A stretch of 34,807 bases of DNA from positions 1 to 34,807 of the forward strand of contig DAOVMU010000001.1 in the NCBI GenBank assembly GCA_030630585.1, in the 5' to 3' direction. Shown one piece after another: positions 17,396 through 25,946 of the stretch; the first letter of the stretch is position 1; each line of letters begins with the position of its first letter. The notes under the pieces are model-generated. The model was not told the origin of the DNA. It ran no database searches and saw only the letters and a list, made by a program, of their open reading frames with translations. Position numbers and translations under genes: made by a program. Source of the stretch: Candidatus Bathyarchaeota archaeon (GTDB lineage Archaea; Thermoproteota; Bathyarchaeia; Bathyarchaeales; Bathycorpusculaceae).

Positions 17396-18490
17396 CTACC
17401 TTCCTATTTCTAGAGTGTAGGGGCCCTTTGTGAATCTCTCTGCCTTGTTTTTCCCCACTGAAACCGTGTCTTCTATACGTATGCCTCCAAAACCTACAAT
17501 GTATATACCAGGCTCGATAGTCACAACGTTTCCAACTGTTAGTCTATCTTTACTTTCTCGATTCAGTGTTGGTGATTCATGAACTTCTAAGCCTACGCCG
17601 TGACCTAGACCGTGGACGAAATATTCGCCGTAGCCAGCGTCATCTATCACTTTTCTTGCAGTCGCATCTATGTTTTTTGCCTTTGCTTTGGATTTCACAT
17701 TTTGGAAGGCTTTCTCTTGAGCCATCTTGACAATTTCATAGATTTTCATTTGTTTAGTTAAAGGCTTTCCAGCCGTGATTGTTCGTGTCATGTCTGAACA
17801 ATAGAATTGGTAGGTAGCTCCTATGTCAACCACAACCAAGTCGCCTTTCTTTATTTTCCGGTGAGTGCAGCCTCCATGTGGAAACGCTGAACGGACTCCT
17901 GATACCACGATAGTTTTGAACGCTGTTCCCCAAGAACCTTTTTTACGCATTGCATACTCAATTTCCGCGGCAACTTCATATTCTCTTACGCCTGGCTTAA
18001 TTACTTCATAAGCGACTTTCATGCCTTCGCTTGTTAATTCTCCAGCTTTTTGCATAAGTTCAAGTTCTTCTTCATCTTTTACTTTGCGAAGCGCTCTTAC
18101 AGGTTCATTTTCAACCTTGATTTTGGCTATTCCTCTCAAAACTCTGCCGAGTTTCAGGTAGTCTGCAACGTGTGGAACACCTGCAATTGTGTCTAAGCCA
18201 AGCTGTTTAATTCTTGAGGCCTCGACTTTCTCGGCGATTTTAGTGGCCAAGTTCTCGCCTCGTTTGACTAGTTCAACCTTGAATCCTTTAGTTTTGGCTT
18301 TGACTTGTTCATAATTGACGCCGTAAACATAGATTATGCTTTCACCGGTTTTTGGAATAAGTACACATGATGCCCCTGGAGAACCTATGAAATACAAAAG
18401 GTTTGCTTCATTACCGATTAGAAACCCGTCCAAACCTTCTTTCTCAAAGGCTAATTGTTTCAAAGCTTCGACTCTTTTCAAGCTTTCCAC
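17396..18490 (-). CDS. Xaa-Pro aminopeptidase/dipeptidase (M24B)
   Basis: R.VK..EE, PHG, D.GA....YCSDMTRT, HGLGHGVGLEVHE, TIEPGIY, GIRIED. Confidence 0.93.
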   Translation of the reverse strand: MESLKRVEALKQLAFEKEGLDGFLIGNEANLLYFIGSPGASCVLIPKTGESIIYVYGVNYEQVKAKTKGFKVELVKRGENLATKIAEKVEASRIKQLGLDTIAGVPHVADYLKLGRVLRGIAKIKVENEPVRALRKVKDEEELELMQKAGELTSEGMKVAYEVIKPGVREYEVAAEIEYAMRKKGSWGTAFKTIVVSGVRSAFPHGGCTHRKIKKGDLVVVDIGATYQFYCSDMTRTITAGKPLTKQMKIYEIVKMAQEKAFQNVKSKAKAKNIDATARKVIDDAGYGEYFVHGLGHGVGLEVHESPTLNRESKDRLTVGNVVTIEPGIYIVGFGGIRIEDTVSVGKNKAERFTKGPYTLEIGR

Positions 18491-18690
18491 CCTGACAAAG
18501 AGATTCTTTGCTACCTCTTAACCTAAAACGTTTTTGTTTGCTCTTTGCTATGAACGTTGGAGATTCTTGAAATGATTTTCAGGTGTTCTGAAGATATCCT
18601 TTGAGTTTTTGAGGTTGGATGGTCATTCCCCCCAATCGTTAATAAGGGCAACAATAGAATAGACGGCAATTTGAGCCCCGCTAGCTAGTG

Positions 18691-19794
18691 TTAGAAGCCA
18701 AACGCGTTTATTATTATCGGAGCGTAAGTTAAGACTATTGCTCCTGCTATGACGGAGGCTATTTGACCGCCTACGTTTACCGCCATGGCATGTGGTAGAA
18801 GCCAATTGCTTGAATCTTCCTCTCTTCCAATTTTGTGGGCTGTTCTTGCCGCCATTGGAAAGGCGGATATGCCGCAGGCTCCAATTAATGGGTTCACTTT
18901 GCCTTTTGTTATTAAGGATGCGAGTTTGGCGACTAGAATTCCAGGGATTATGTTAAAGGTAAAGGCAACTAAGCCTAGAGCGAATATTGTGAGGGTGCTT
19001 GGAAGCAGAAATGCTTGTGCGCTCATTGTTCCACCTATTGTAAGCCCTAAAAGTATTGTTGTGACGTTTGCTATTTCGTTCTCAGCTGATTTTGCAAGCC
19101 TTTTTACGACGCCACTCTCTTTTATGAGGTTTCCAAACATTAAACAACCCATTAATGGAAGCCCAATGGGCGCTATGACTCCTGTTATGATAGTGACCGT
19201 TATTGGGAAAACTATTCGAATCGTCTTAGAATAAGCCTTGGGTTCATATTCCATTTTGATCAGTCTTTCCTTGCGGGTGGTCAACGCCTTAGAAATTGGG
19301 ATTTGAATGATTGGTACAAGAGCCATATAAGAATAGGCGCAGACCGTAATAGGTCCAAGCAAATCCTTAGCGAACCTTGAACTAACGAAAATAGCTGTAG
19401 GCCCGTCCATGGCTCCGATTATTCCAATACTTGACGCTTCATATGGAGTGAATCCCACAGCCAATGCACAGAGTATTGCCACAAAAATTCCAATATGCGC
19501 AGCTGCAGCCAATAGTAGAAACCAAGGTCGTTCTATTAACGCTCCGAAATCGCACATGGCACCAATCCCTATGAATAACAGGCAAGGAAATATCTCGGTT
19601 AAAATGCCAAAATCGTAGAGAAATCTCAGAATCCCGCCTTCACTCATAAGTCCTGAGTACGGAATGTTAACAAGCAACGCTCCGAAACCTATGGGAATCA
19701 ACAAAAGCGGTTCATACTGCTTTTTTATCGCCAAGTAAATTAGCACACAACCAACAAAAATCATTATTGCATTGCCCAGCGGAAAGGGAAGCAT
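18691..19794 (-). CDS. oadB: Na+-translocating decarboxylase beta subunit
   Basis: EPLLLIPIGFG, IFP.LLF.GIGAM.DFG, SIGIIGAMDGPT, AYSYMALVP.IQ, NPLIG..GISAFPMAAR. Confidence 0.93.
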   Translation of the reverse strand: MLPFPLGNAIMIFVGCVLIYLAIKKQYEPLLLIPIGFGALLVNIPYSGLMSEGGILRFLYDFGILTEIFPCLLFIGIGAMCDFGALIERPWFLLLAAAAHIGIFVAILCALAVGFTPYEASSIGIIGAMDGPTAIFVSSRFAKDLLGPITVCAYSYMALVPIIQIPISKALTTRKERLIKMEYEPKAYSKTIRIVFPITVTIITGVIAPIGLPLMGCLMFGNLIKESGVVKRLAKSAENEIANVTTILLGLTIGGTMSAQAFLLPSTLTIFALGLVAFTFNIIPGILVAKLASLITKGKVNPLIGACGISAFPMAARTAHKIGREEDSSNWLLPHAMAVNVGGQIASVIAGAIVLTYAPIIINAFGF

Positions 19795-19795
19795 A

Positions 19796-21256
19796 CTAGT
19801 TTTTCACCCTCCTAATTGCTACTTCGTAGTCTTCACCGTTGAGAGTGACTCTAAACCTTCTTCCAAGCATTTCAGCTTCTAAGGGAAGCTCATCTGACGT
19901 AAACTCCGGCTTGGCTTGACCGCTTAAGAAGTTTTTTGTTTCTTCTGGAAACAGGGCATAGGAAATCACATCTTCTTCTTTTGTTAGCAGCTGTAAATCC
20001 TCAAGTTCGTCTCTACATTTCTTATACATAGGTTCCAAGAGGTCTGCAGGTCTACAATCTATAATTTCATCACGCCAGTTTGAACCTAAAATCTTCTTGC
20101 AGATCTCTTCTGAAATTTGCACTGGTGGATTCCCATACATCCCCCTAACATAATTTTTTGTTTCTTCCAAAACACGTTTGTATCTCCCGAAACGAACGTT
20201 CATGACTGCCTGCACTCCAACTATCTGACTTGTCGGCGTAACCAGTGGTGGCCAACCAAGATCTTTCTGAACATAGTGCGTTTCCTCTAAAACCTCGTAG
20301 TATTTATCCACTGCACCAAACCGTTCCAGTTGGATTATGAGGTTTGAAAGCATTCCGCCAGGTATTTGATGCACAATAACCGATGGGTCCACCATCATTG
20401 CCTGTTCTCTATGCAGATGCCCATATTTTTTCCACACCTTCAGGAAGTATTTTCTACATTCCATCAACAGATCAATATCATAACCCGTATCGTAAGGAGT
20501 ATCCCTAAGAGCAACTACGATAGATTCTGTCGGCGGATGCCCAGCTCCTCCTGAAATTGGCGACATTGCACAGTCCAGTATGTCTACGCCTGCCTCGCAC
20601 GCCTTCATGTAGGAAAGCATAGTCATTCCAGAAGTTGTGTGCGAGTGTAACCCTATTGGCACTCTTATTTCTTCTTTGCAGGCACGAATTATTTCGTATG
20701 CCCTGGATGGTGAAACCATTCCAGCCATATCTTTAAGACAAAGGGAATCACATCCCATTTCTTCGAGTTTCTTGAAAGTATTCACGTAGTATTCGACTGT
20801 ATGAACTGGAGAAATCGTGTAGCATAGGCTGCCTTGAGCGTGAGCACCTACTTTTTGAACAGTCTCTATTGGCACCTTCAGGTTTCTCAAGTCGTTTAAG
20901 GCGTCAAATATTCTGAAGTAGTCAACGCCATCTTTGTGAGCGTATTCTATGAACTTTTGAACTATGTCGTCTGGAAAGTTGCGGTATGCCACTATGTTCA
21001 TGGCTCTTTCAAGCATCTGCATGGGCGTGTTGGGCATTTGCTCTTTAAGTGTTTTAAGGCGTTCCCAAGGGTCTTCAGCTAAGTATCGAAGGCAAACGTC
21101 AAAGGTTGCTCCTCCCCAAACCTCTAATGCGAAAAATCCTACCTTGTCTATGGTTTTTGTTATTGGAAGCATGTCTTCTGTTCTCATACGTGTTGCAAGT
21201 AGCGACTGATGAGCGTCCCTGAAAATAAGATCGGTTATTTGCACCATAAGATTCAC
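19796..21256 (-). CDS. oadA: Oxaloacetate decarboxylase alpha / pyruvate carboxylase B-type carboxyltransferase, lacking its own biotinyl domain
   Basis: RDAHQSLLATR, WGGATFD, EDPWERL, KDMAG, HSH.T.G, HQIPGGM, PPLVTPTSQIVG; ends after a short beta-hairpin with no MKM. Confidence 0.9.
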   Translation of the reverse strand: MNLMVQITDLIFRDAHQSLLATRMRTEDMLPITKTIDKVGFFALEVWGGATFDVCLRYLAEDPWERLKTLKEQMPNTPMQMLERAMNIVAYRNFPDDIVQKFIEYAHKDGVDYFRIFDALNDLRNLKVPIETVQKVGAHAQGSLCYTISPVHTVEYYVNTFKKLEEMGCDSLCLKDMAGMVSPSRAYEIIRACKEEIRVPIGLHSHTTSGMTMLSYMKACEAGVDILDCAMSPISGGAGHPPTESIVVALRDTPYDTGYDIDLLMECRKYFLKVWKKYGHLHREQAMMVDPSVIVHQIPGGMLSNLIIQLERFGAVDKYYEVLEETHYVQKDLGWPPLVTPTSQIVGVQAVMNVRFGRYKRVLEETKNYVRGMYGNPPVQISEEICKKILGSNWRDEIIDCRPADLLEPMYKKCRDELEDLQLLTKEEDVISYALFPEETKNFLSGQAKPEFTSDELPLEAEMLGRRFRVTLNGEDYEVAIRRVKN

Positions 21257-21474
21257 CTAGTCTCCATTTTCTCAACTTTTTCTCTAAGCTCCCTAACAAT
21301 GGAATCTAGCTCATCAATTTTCTTTTCGAGTTCGTTCGTTTTCTTCAGCAATGTTTCAAGGTTTTTCGGAAGCTTTGCGGCTGAAGCTGTTTTGGCTGGG
21401 CAAGGCTTGGCAAGATGGATCGCTATTGCTGCTGAGAGAGCGGCTGCTTCCTTCTTGCTGATTTCGGTTGCTAT
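21253..21474 (-). CDS. Unannotated 73-aa decarboxylase accessory subunit (gamma/delta/epsilon-like helix + linker + coiled coil), ATA start
   Basis: (M)ATEISKKEAAALSAAIAIHLAKPCPAKTASAAKLPKNLETLLKKTNELEKKIDELDSIVRELREKVEKMETR*; GGAGG 7 nt upstream; ATAG overlap with upstream stop and GTGA overlap with oadA start. Confidence 0.72.
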   Translation of the reverse strand: MATEISKKEAAALSAAIAIHLAKPCPAKTASAAKLPKNLETLLKKTNELEKKIDELDSIVRELREKVEKMETR

Positions 21475-21692
21475 TTTTCTTCCTCCCTGATGCCACTCTT
21501 GTGAAACGTAGTTACCTCAATTATCGGTTTGTTGTAGATTGAGCAGCAAACCTTGATTATATCAAATTCCGGATTGATTTCAGGAATCACCTTCTCTTGT
21601 CTGCGGCACTTGTAAACGTCTACAATTTCTCTACATTCAGAGCAATACAGGTTGTAACCAAGTGTTTTCATGATGTCCACAGTTCTAACCAA
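21471..21692 (-). CDS. Small Cys-rich (Zn-ribbon-like) hypothetical protein in decarboxylase operon
   Basis: CSEC...C...CCSIY; overlaps both neighbouring genes. Confidence 0.6.
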   Translation of the reverse strand: MVRTVDIMKTLGYNLYCSECREIVDVYKCRRQEKVIPEINPEFDIIKVCCSIYNKPIIEVTTFHKSGIREEEK

Positions 21693-22320
21693 TTGAAACT
21701 AGGATGTCACCATCTTTCACGGAATCACCCTCTGACACATTTATTTCCTTTACAATGCCAGACACAGTGCTTTCGATGGCGTTTTCCATTTTCATAGTTT
21801 CCAACACGATGACTGTGCTTCCTTTTTCAACTTTGCTTCCAACCTTAACTGCCACCTTGACAACCGTTCCTTGCATCGGCGCGGTTATAACTTCCTTTTT
21901 CTCCTTTACAGCTTCCTTAGAAACGGTGACATCTTCCTTAACCTCCAAAGGAGGTTTCACCTCACCTCCCTCAAATCTCTCTACTTTGACCCTGTATTCT
22001 TCACCGCCCACAATGACTTTAAGTTCTTCACCAATCTCAAACGAAGACTCAACTTCTTCAAATTCCTTTCCAACAGTTCCTAAATCTACAATCTTCACCT
22101 CATGCTCTTCGCCATTAAGCCTAATCCTGAAAGCTCTGGCTCCAGTGTCTCCAACACCCTTTTGCCCTGTTTCTTTGGTTAGCGGTACCTCAACTTCCCC
22201 AATCATCTCCCTTTCAAAAATTCTTTTGAGAGCAACACACGCCAACGCAATCACAGCTAAGGAGGAAAATACGCTAACCACACCAATCAATGTTATGAGC
22301 AAACCAAACCCCAAATTCAT
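21685..22320 (-). CDS. OadG-like membrane anchor fused to biotin carboxyl carrier domain
   Basis: N-terminal 'GLLITLIGVVSVFSSLAVIAL' OadG-type TM; C-terminal APMQG.V...V..G..V..G.....LETMKMEN biotinyl domain. Confidence 0.85.
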   Translation of the reverse strand: MNLGFGLLITLIGVVSVFSSLAVIALACVALKRIFEREMIGEVEVPLTKETGQKGVGDTGARAFRIRLNGEEHEVKIVDLGTVGKEFEEVESSFEIGEELKVIVGGEEYRVKVERFEGGEVKPPLEVKEDVTVSKEAVKEKKEVITAPMQGTVVKVAVKVGSKVEKGSTVIVLETMKMENAIESTVSGIVKEINVSEGDSVKDGDILVSIG

Positions 22321-22412
22321 TAACTCTAATCCTCTTCCAAAGTGCAGAAAGAAGGTATTCTACCACGTTGATTAATAAGTTTCGTAAAATCAGCAGCATG
22401 GTACGCGCAGTA

Positions 22413-23207
22413 TTATGCTTGCAGAGAAACATCTCCAACGAAAAAGCGCCTTATAGTTCCATCTTCAAGCCGCAGAACTAAGGCACCTTCATTATCAACG
22501 TCTAAGGCGAAACCGATCAATTTTTCGGTGCGACCTGTGATTTCCACCTGACGACCCAGAAAACCAGCATAATTTTTCCAATCCTCAAGAACGGGATCAA
22601 ATCCTTCCTTTAGGAAAAGTTCGTAAAGATTCTCCAGTCTTTCAAGCAAAGTCCTGAACAGCTTTTCTAGATGGATTTTTCGACCGAGCTCGTTTTCAAG
22701 TGAAGTGGCAACTTTTCCCAGTTGCTCTGGTAGTGCCTTTTCTACGTCGAAGTTTGCGTTGACTCCTACACCTACTACGACGAAATTAACGGTTTCGCCT
22801 ATCGTATTCATTTCTGCGAGTATACCGCAGATTTTCCGTCCGTTCACCAGCACGTCGTTGGGCCACTTAGTCTCCGCATTTAAGCCGAATACTTCACGTA
22901 AAACCTGAGTAACAGCTAATCCAGCCACAAACGTGAGTTTGGAGGCTTCTCTAGGGTTGAGCTTAGGTCTAAGAATTAGGGAAAACCACAACCCGCCTGT
23001 TGGGGAATCCCATCTTCTGCCAAGTCTTCCCCGCCCCCTTGTTTGAGTTGCTGCAATTACTACAGTTCCTTCTTCTGCGCCGTACGTGGCCAGTTTCTTA
23101 GCCCATTCGTTTGTCGACTTAGACCTGCAGGAAAAGAGGATGCTTCTTCCCACACGTTTGGTGCACAAACCATCTTGAAGCTGGTTTACCTTCAGCTTTG
23201 CTGACAT
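22413..23207 (-). CDS. birA: Biotin--protein ligase
   Basis: STN, QTRGRGRLGR.W.SP.GGL, KWPND, KICGIL; start may be 23228. Confidence 0.93.
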   Translation of the reverse strand: MSAKLKVNQLQDGLCTKRVGRSILFSCRSKSTNEWAKKLATYGAEEGTVVIAATQTRGRGRLGRRWDSPTGGLWFSLILRPKLNPREASKLTFVAGLAVTQVLREVFGLNAETKWPNDVLVNGRKICGILAEMNTIGETVNFVVVGVGVNANFDVEKALPEQLGKVATSLENELGRKIHLEKLFRTLLERLENLYELFLKEGFDPVLEDWKNYAGFLGRQVEITGRTEKLIGFALDVDNEGALVLRLEDGTIRRFFVGDVSLQA

Positions 23208-23422
23208 GCTGTCTACCACTACGAACACTTAAACGACCTGAGCATATTAAATTAAAAAGCCAAGAATCCTTCAAAGAAGTACCGCACCAGGATTCAGGTC
23301 ACCCTAGGCTAATCCTTCATTGTTTAGTTCTTGGCATCATAGAGCATTAGATAGATACATTAATATATTTATCTCCATAATTTCTTTATTTCCATTACGC
23401 ATCAATAAAAGGAGGAAAATGT

Positions 23423-25303
23423 TTGCACGGTTATGCAGGTCGAATCCTTCACGTAGACTTAACAACAGGCAAAGCCCATGTTGAGCCCTTGAACGGAGAA
23501 TACGCAAGAAAATACATAGGTGGAATAGGTCTAGGAATCCGACTGTTGTTAGACCAGTCTGAACCAGGAGTAGATCCCTTCAGTCCAGAAAACCCGCTGA
23601 TTCTCACAACAGGACCAATATCAGGCACTATGTGGCCTACTGGCGGAAACGGACATGCCTTCGTTTCAAAATCACCACAAAGCTTCGGAGTCGGTGAATC
23701 CAAAGCCCACGGCTCGTTCGGAACAGAACTGAAAAGAGCTGGATATGACGCCGTTATCTTTAAGGGCAAAGCTGAAAAACTCGTTTACGTGTGGATTGAC
23801 GATGATTCTGTACAGCTTTTAGACGCATCACAGCTTAAGGGTAAGTCACCAGCTGAAACAGAAGACGCCATAAAGGAAGAGTTAGGCGACTATTACATTC
23901 GTGTCGCCTCTATAGGCCCAGCTGGAGAAAAACTTGCTCGCCTAGCCTGTGTCATTAACGAAAAAACCCGCGCTGCTGGAAGAACTGGAATGGGCGCTGT
24001 TATGGGTTCAAAAAACCTTAAAGCAATCGCGGTGCGTGGAACCCTTGACATTACAGTAGCGAAGCCAGAGGAGTTCATGGAATTTGTCAAAGAATTTCAC
24101 GAAAGAATGAAAGGCCCAGCTACACACAAATACAGAACCCTTGGCACTGCTGCAAACGTGCTAGTGCACAATTCCCTAGCCTGCATGCCCACAAGAAATT
24201 ACAACAACGCGTCTTTTGAAGGAGCAGAAAAGGTAAGCGGAGAAAATCTCAACGAAAGATTTGTGGCAAAAATAATAGGATGCAGCTCTTGTGCAATGAG
24301 ATGTGAACACATGTGTGTTGTTCCCGAAGGCCCCTACAAAGGAACTATGACTAGAATGGAATATGAGACCCTATGGGCTATGGGACCATACTGTGGAGTA
24401 GACCGGTTGGATGCCATTATAAAAGGAATGGATCTCTGCAATTACTACGGAATAGACGCAATTGGCGCAGGAGTCATAGCTGGTTTTGCCATGGACTGCT
24501 ACGAGAAAGGAATATTAACAGAGAAAGATCTCGAAGGAATAGATGCCAGATTTGGAAACCACGAGGCTATGGTTCAGCTCATTGAAAAAATCGGCACACG
24601 TGAAGGTATCGGTGATATACTGGCTGAGGGCGTGAAAATCGCTGGAGAAAAAATAGGTAAAGGAGCAGAAAAGCTGGCACAGCACATTAAAGGAGTTGAA
24701 GTTACTGGTTACGATCTTAGAACACTCAAAACAGCTGCCCTGGGCTTTGCAGTATCCTTCCGTGGAGCAGATCATAACAGACATGGAGCCTATAGCTTCG
24801 ACGTTAAAGGAAAAGTCAACCGATTCATTGTCGAGAAAGGAAGAGGAAAACTGGTTAAGGACATGGAAGACCAGTACACCATAGTTGATTCATTAATCGT
24901 CTGCAAATTCTCAAGAGGCACTTACTACAAGGAATTTGAAGACATGGCCAAGCTTTACAATTTAGTTACGGGAGTTGAGATGACGGCGGAGGATCTGAGG
25001 CAGGCTGGTGAGAGAATAAACAATGTTGCCAGACTATTCAATATTAGAGAAGGCTTGGGTAGAAAGGATGACACATTACCATACAAGGTTATGCATCTTC
25101 CAGTCCCAGACGAAGGCCCATCAAAAGGAGCCTACGTTACACAAAAAGAACTAGATTTCCTTCTAGACGACTATTACGAAACACGCGGATGGACAAAAGA
25201 GGGCAAGCCAACCAAAGAAAAACTCAAAGAACTGGGAATGAACGACCTCATCCCCATAGTTGAGGCAAAAACTGGACCACGAGAAAAAGCGGGGGAGGAG
25301 TAG
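23423..25303 (+). CDS. aor: Tungsten-containing aldehyde:ferredoxin oxidoreductase family, large subunit
   Basis: GYAGRIL.VDL, SKSP, LK.AGYD, SIGPAGE, AAGRTGMGAVMGSKNLKA, C..C...C, EYET, G.D, RGADH, DSL..CKF, YY..RGW; SD GGAGG. Confidence 0.93.
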   Translation: MHGYAGRILHVDLTTGKAHVEPLNGEYARKYIGGIGLGIRLLLDQSEPGVDPFSPENPLILTTGPISGTMWPTGGNGHAFVSKSPQSFGVGESKAHGSFGTELKRAGYDAVIFKGKAEKLVYVWIDDDSVQLLDASQLKGKSPAETEDAIKEELGDYYIRVASIGPAGEKLARLACVINEKTRAAGRTGMGAVMGSKNLKAIAVRGTLDITVAKPEEFMEFVKEFHERMKGPATHKYRTLGTAANVLVHNSLACMPTRNYNNASFEGAEKVSGENLNERFVAKIIGCSSCAMRCEHMCVVPEGPYKGTMTRMEYETLWAMGPYCGVDRLDAIIKGMDLCNYYGIDAIGAGVIAGFAMDCYEKGILTEKDLEGIDARFGNHEAMVQLIEKIGTREGIGDILAEGVKIAGEKIGKGAEKLAQHIKGVEVTGYDLRTLKTAALGFAVSFRGADHNRHGAYSFDVKGKVNRFIVEKGRGKLVKDMEDQYTIVDSLIVCKFSRGTYYKEFEDMAKLYNLVTGVEMTAEDLRQAGERINNVARLFNIREGLGRKDDTLPYKVMHLPVPDEGPSKGAYVTQKELDFLLDDYYETRGWTKEGKPTKEKLKELGMNDLIPIVEAKTGPREKAGEE

Positions 25304-25305
25304 CA

Positions 25306-25815
25306 ATGGTCAAAATTCACGAAAGAAAATTTGTGTCAGCAGATCCAGAAAAATGCGTAGGCTGCCAAGTCTGTGAATATATATGCTCACTAACAAAGGA
25401 ACAGGCTTTCAACCCATTAAAATCCCGGATACGCGTTGTTCGAATAAACCAGCTAATTAACTTAGCGGTCACATGCAGACTCTGTGAAGACCCACCTTGC
25501 GTTGCTGCATGTCCAAGAGACGCCTTGACACAGTCAGAGGAAACTGGTGTAATAATGGTGGATGAAGACAAATGCAACGGCTGCGGATGGTGCATTGAGG
25601 CATGTGATTATGGAGCAATCATGTTGCACCCCGAAAACAAAGTCGTGTTCATCTGTGATCTATGTCAAGAGCAAGGAGAACCCCAATGTGTTAAATGGTG
25701 CCCAGAGGAAGCCCTAGACTTAGTGACAAGTGACGTCTTGGCTCAGAAGGCAAGAATCACAGCAGTAAAGAAACTATTCCAAGAAGCCCTAAAAACTGCT
25801 CCTGTAGCACCTTAA
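25306..25815 (+). CDS. 4Fe-4S dicluster electron-transfer subunit of the AOR
   Basis: CVGCQVCEYIC, CRLCEDPPCVAACP, CNGCGWCIEAC, CDLC......CVKWCP. Confidence 0.9.
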   Translation: MVKIHERKFVSADPEKCVGCQVCEYICSLTKEQAFNPLKSRIRVVRINQLINLAVTCRLCEDPPCVAACPRDALTQSEETGVIMVDEDKCNGCGWCIEACDYGAIMLHPENKVVFICDLCQEQGEPQCVKWCPEEALDLVTSDVLAQKARITAVKKLFQEALKTAPVAP

Positions 25816-25929
25816 ATCTTCCCTTTTTAGAAAAGCAATTTACAGACGCGGATTTCCGTATCGCTCAACCGAACTCACGGCTTATCCTTTATGTCTCATA
25901 ACTGCGTCTCCACAATATACGCAGAAATT

Positions 25930-25946
25930 AAAAAGAAAAAGAGGGG
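25930..25946 (-). terminator. Archaeal oligo-T terminator
   Basis: Minus strand CCCCTCTTTTTCTTTTT directly after the stop at 25947. Confidence 0.5.

Noticed and set aside
18691..22320. Interpretation as pyruvate carboxylase or methylmalonyl-CoA decarboxylase
   Set aside because: No biotin carboxylase or acyl-CoA carboxyltransferase gene in the operon; a keto-acid carboxyltransferase plus membrane beta subunit points to an OAD-type enzyme
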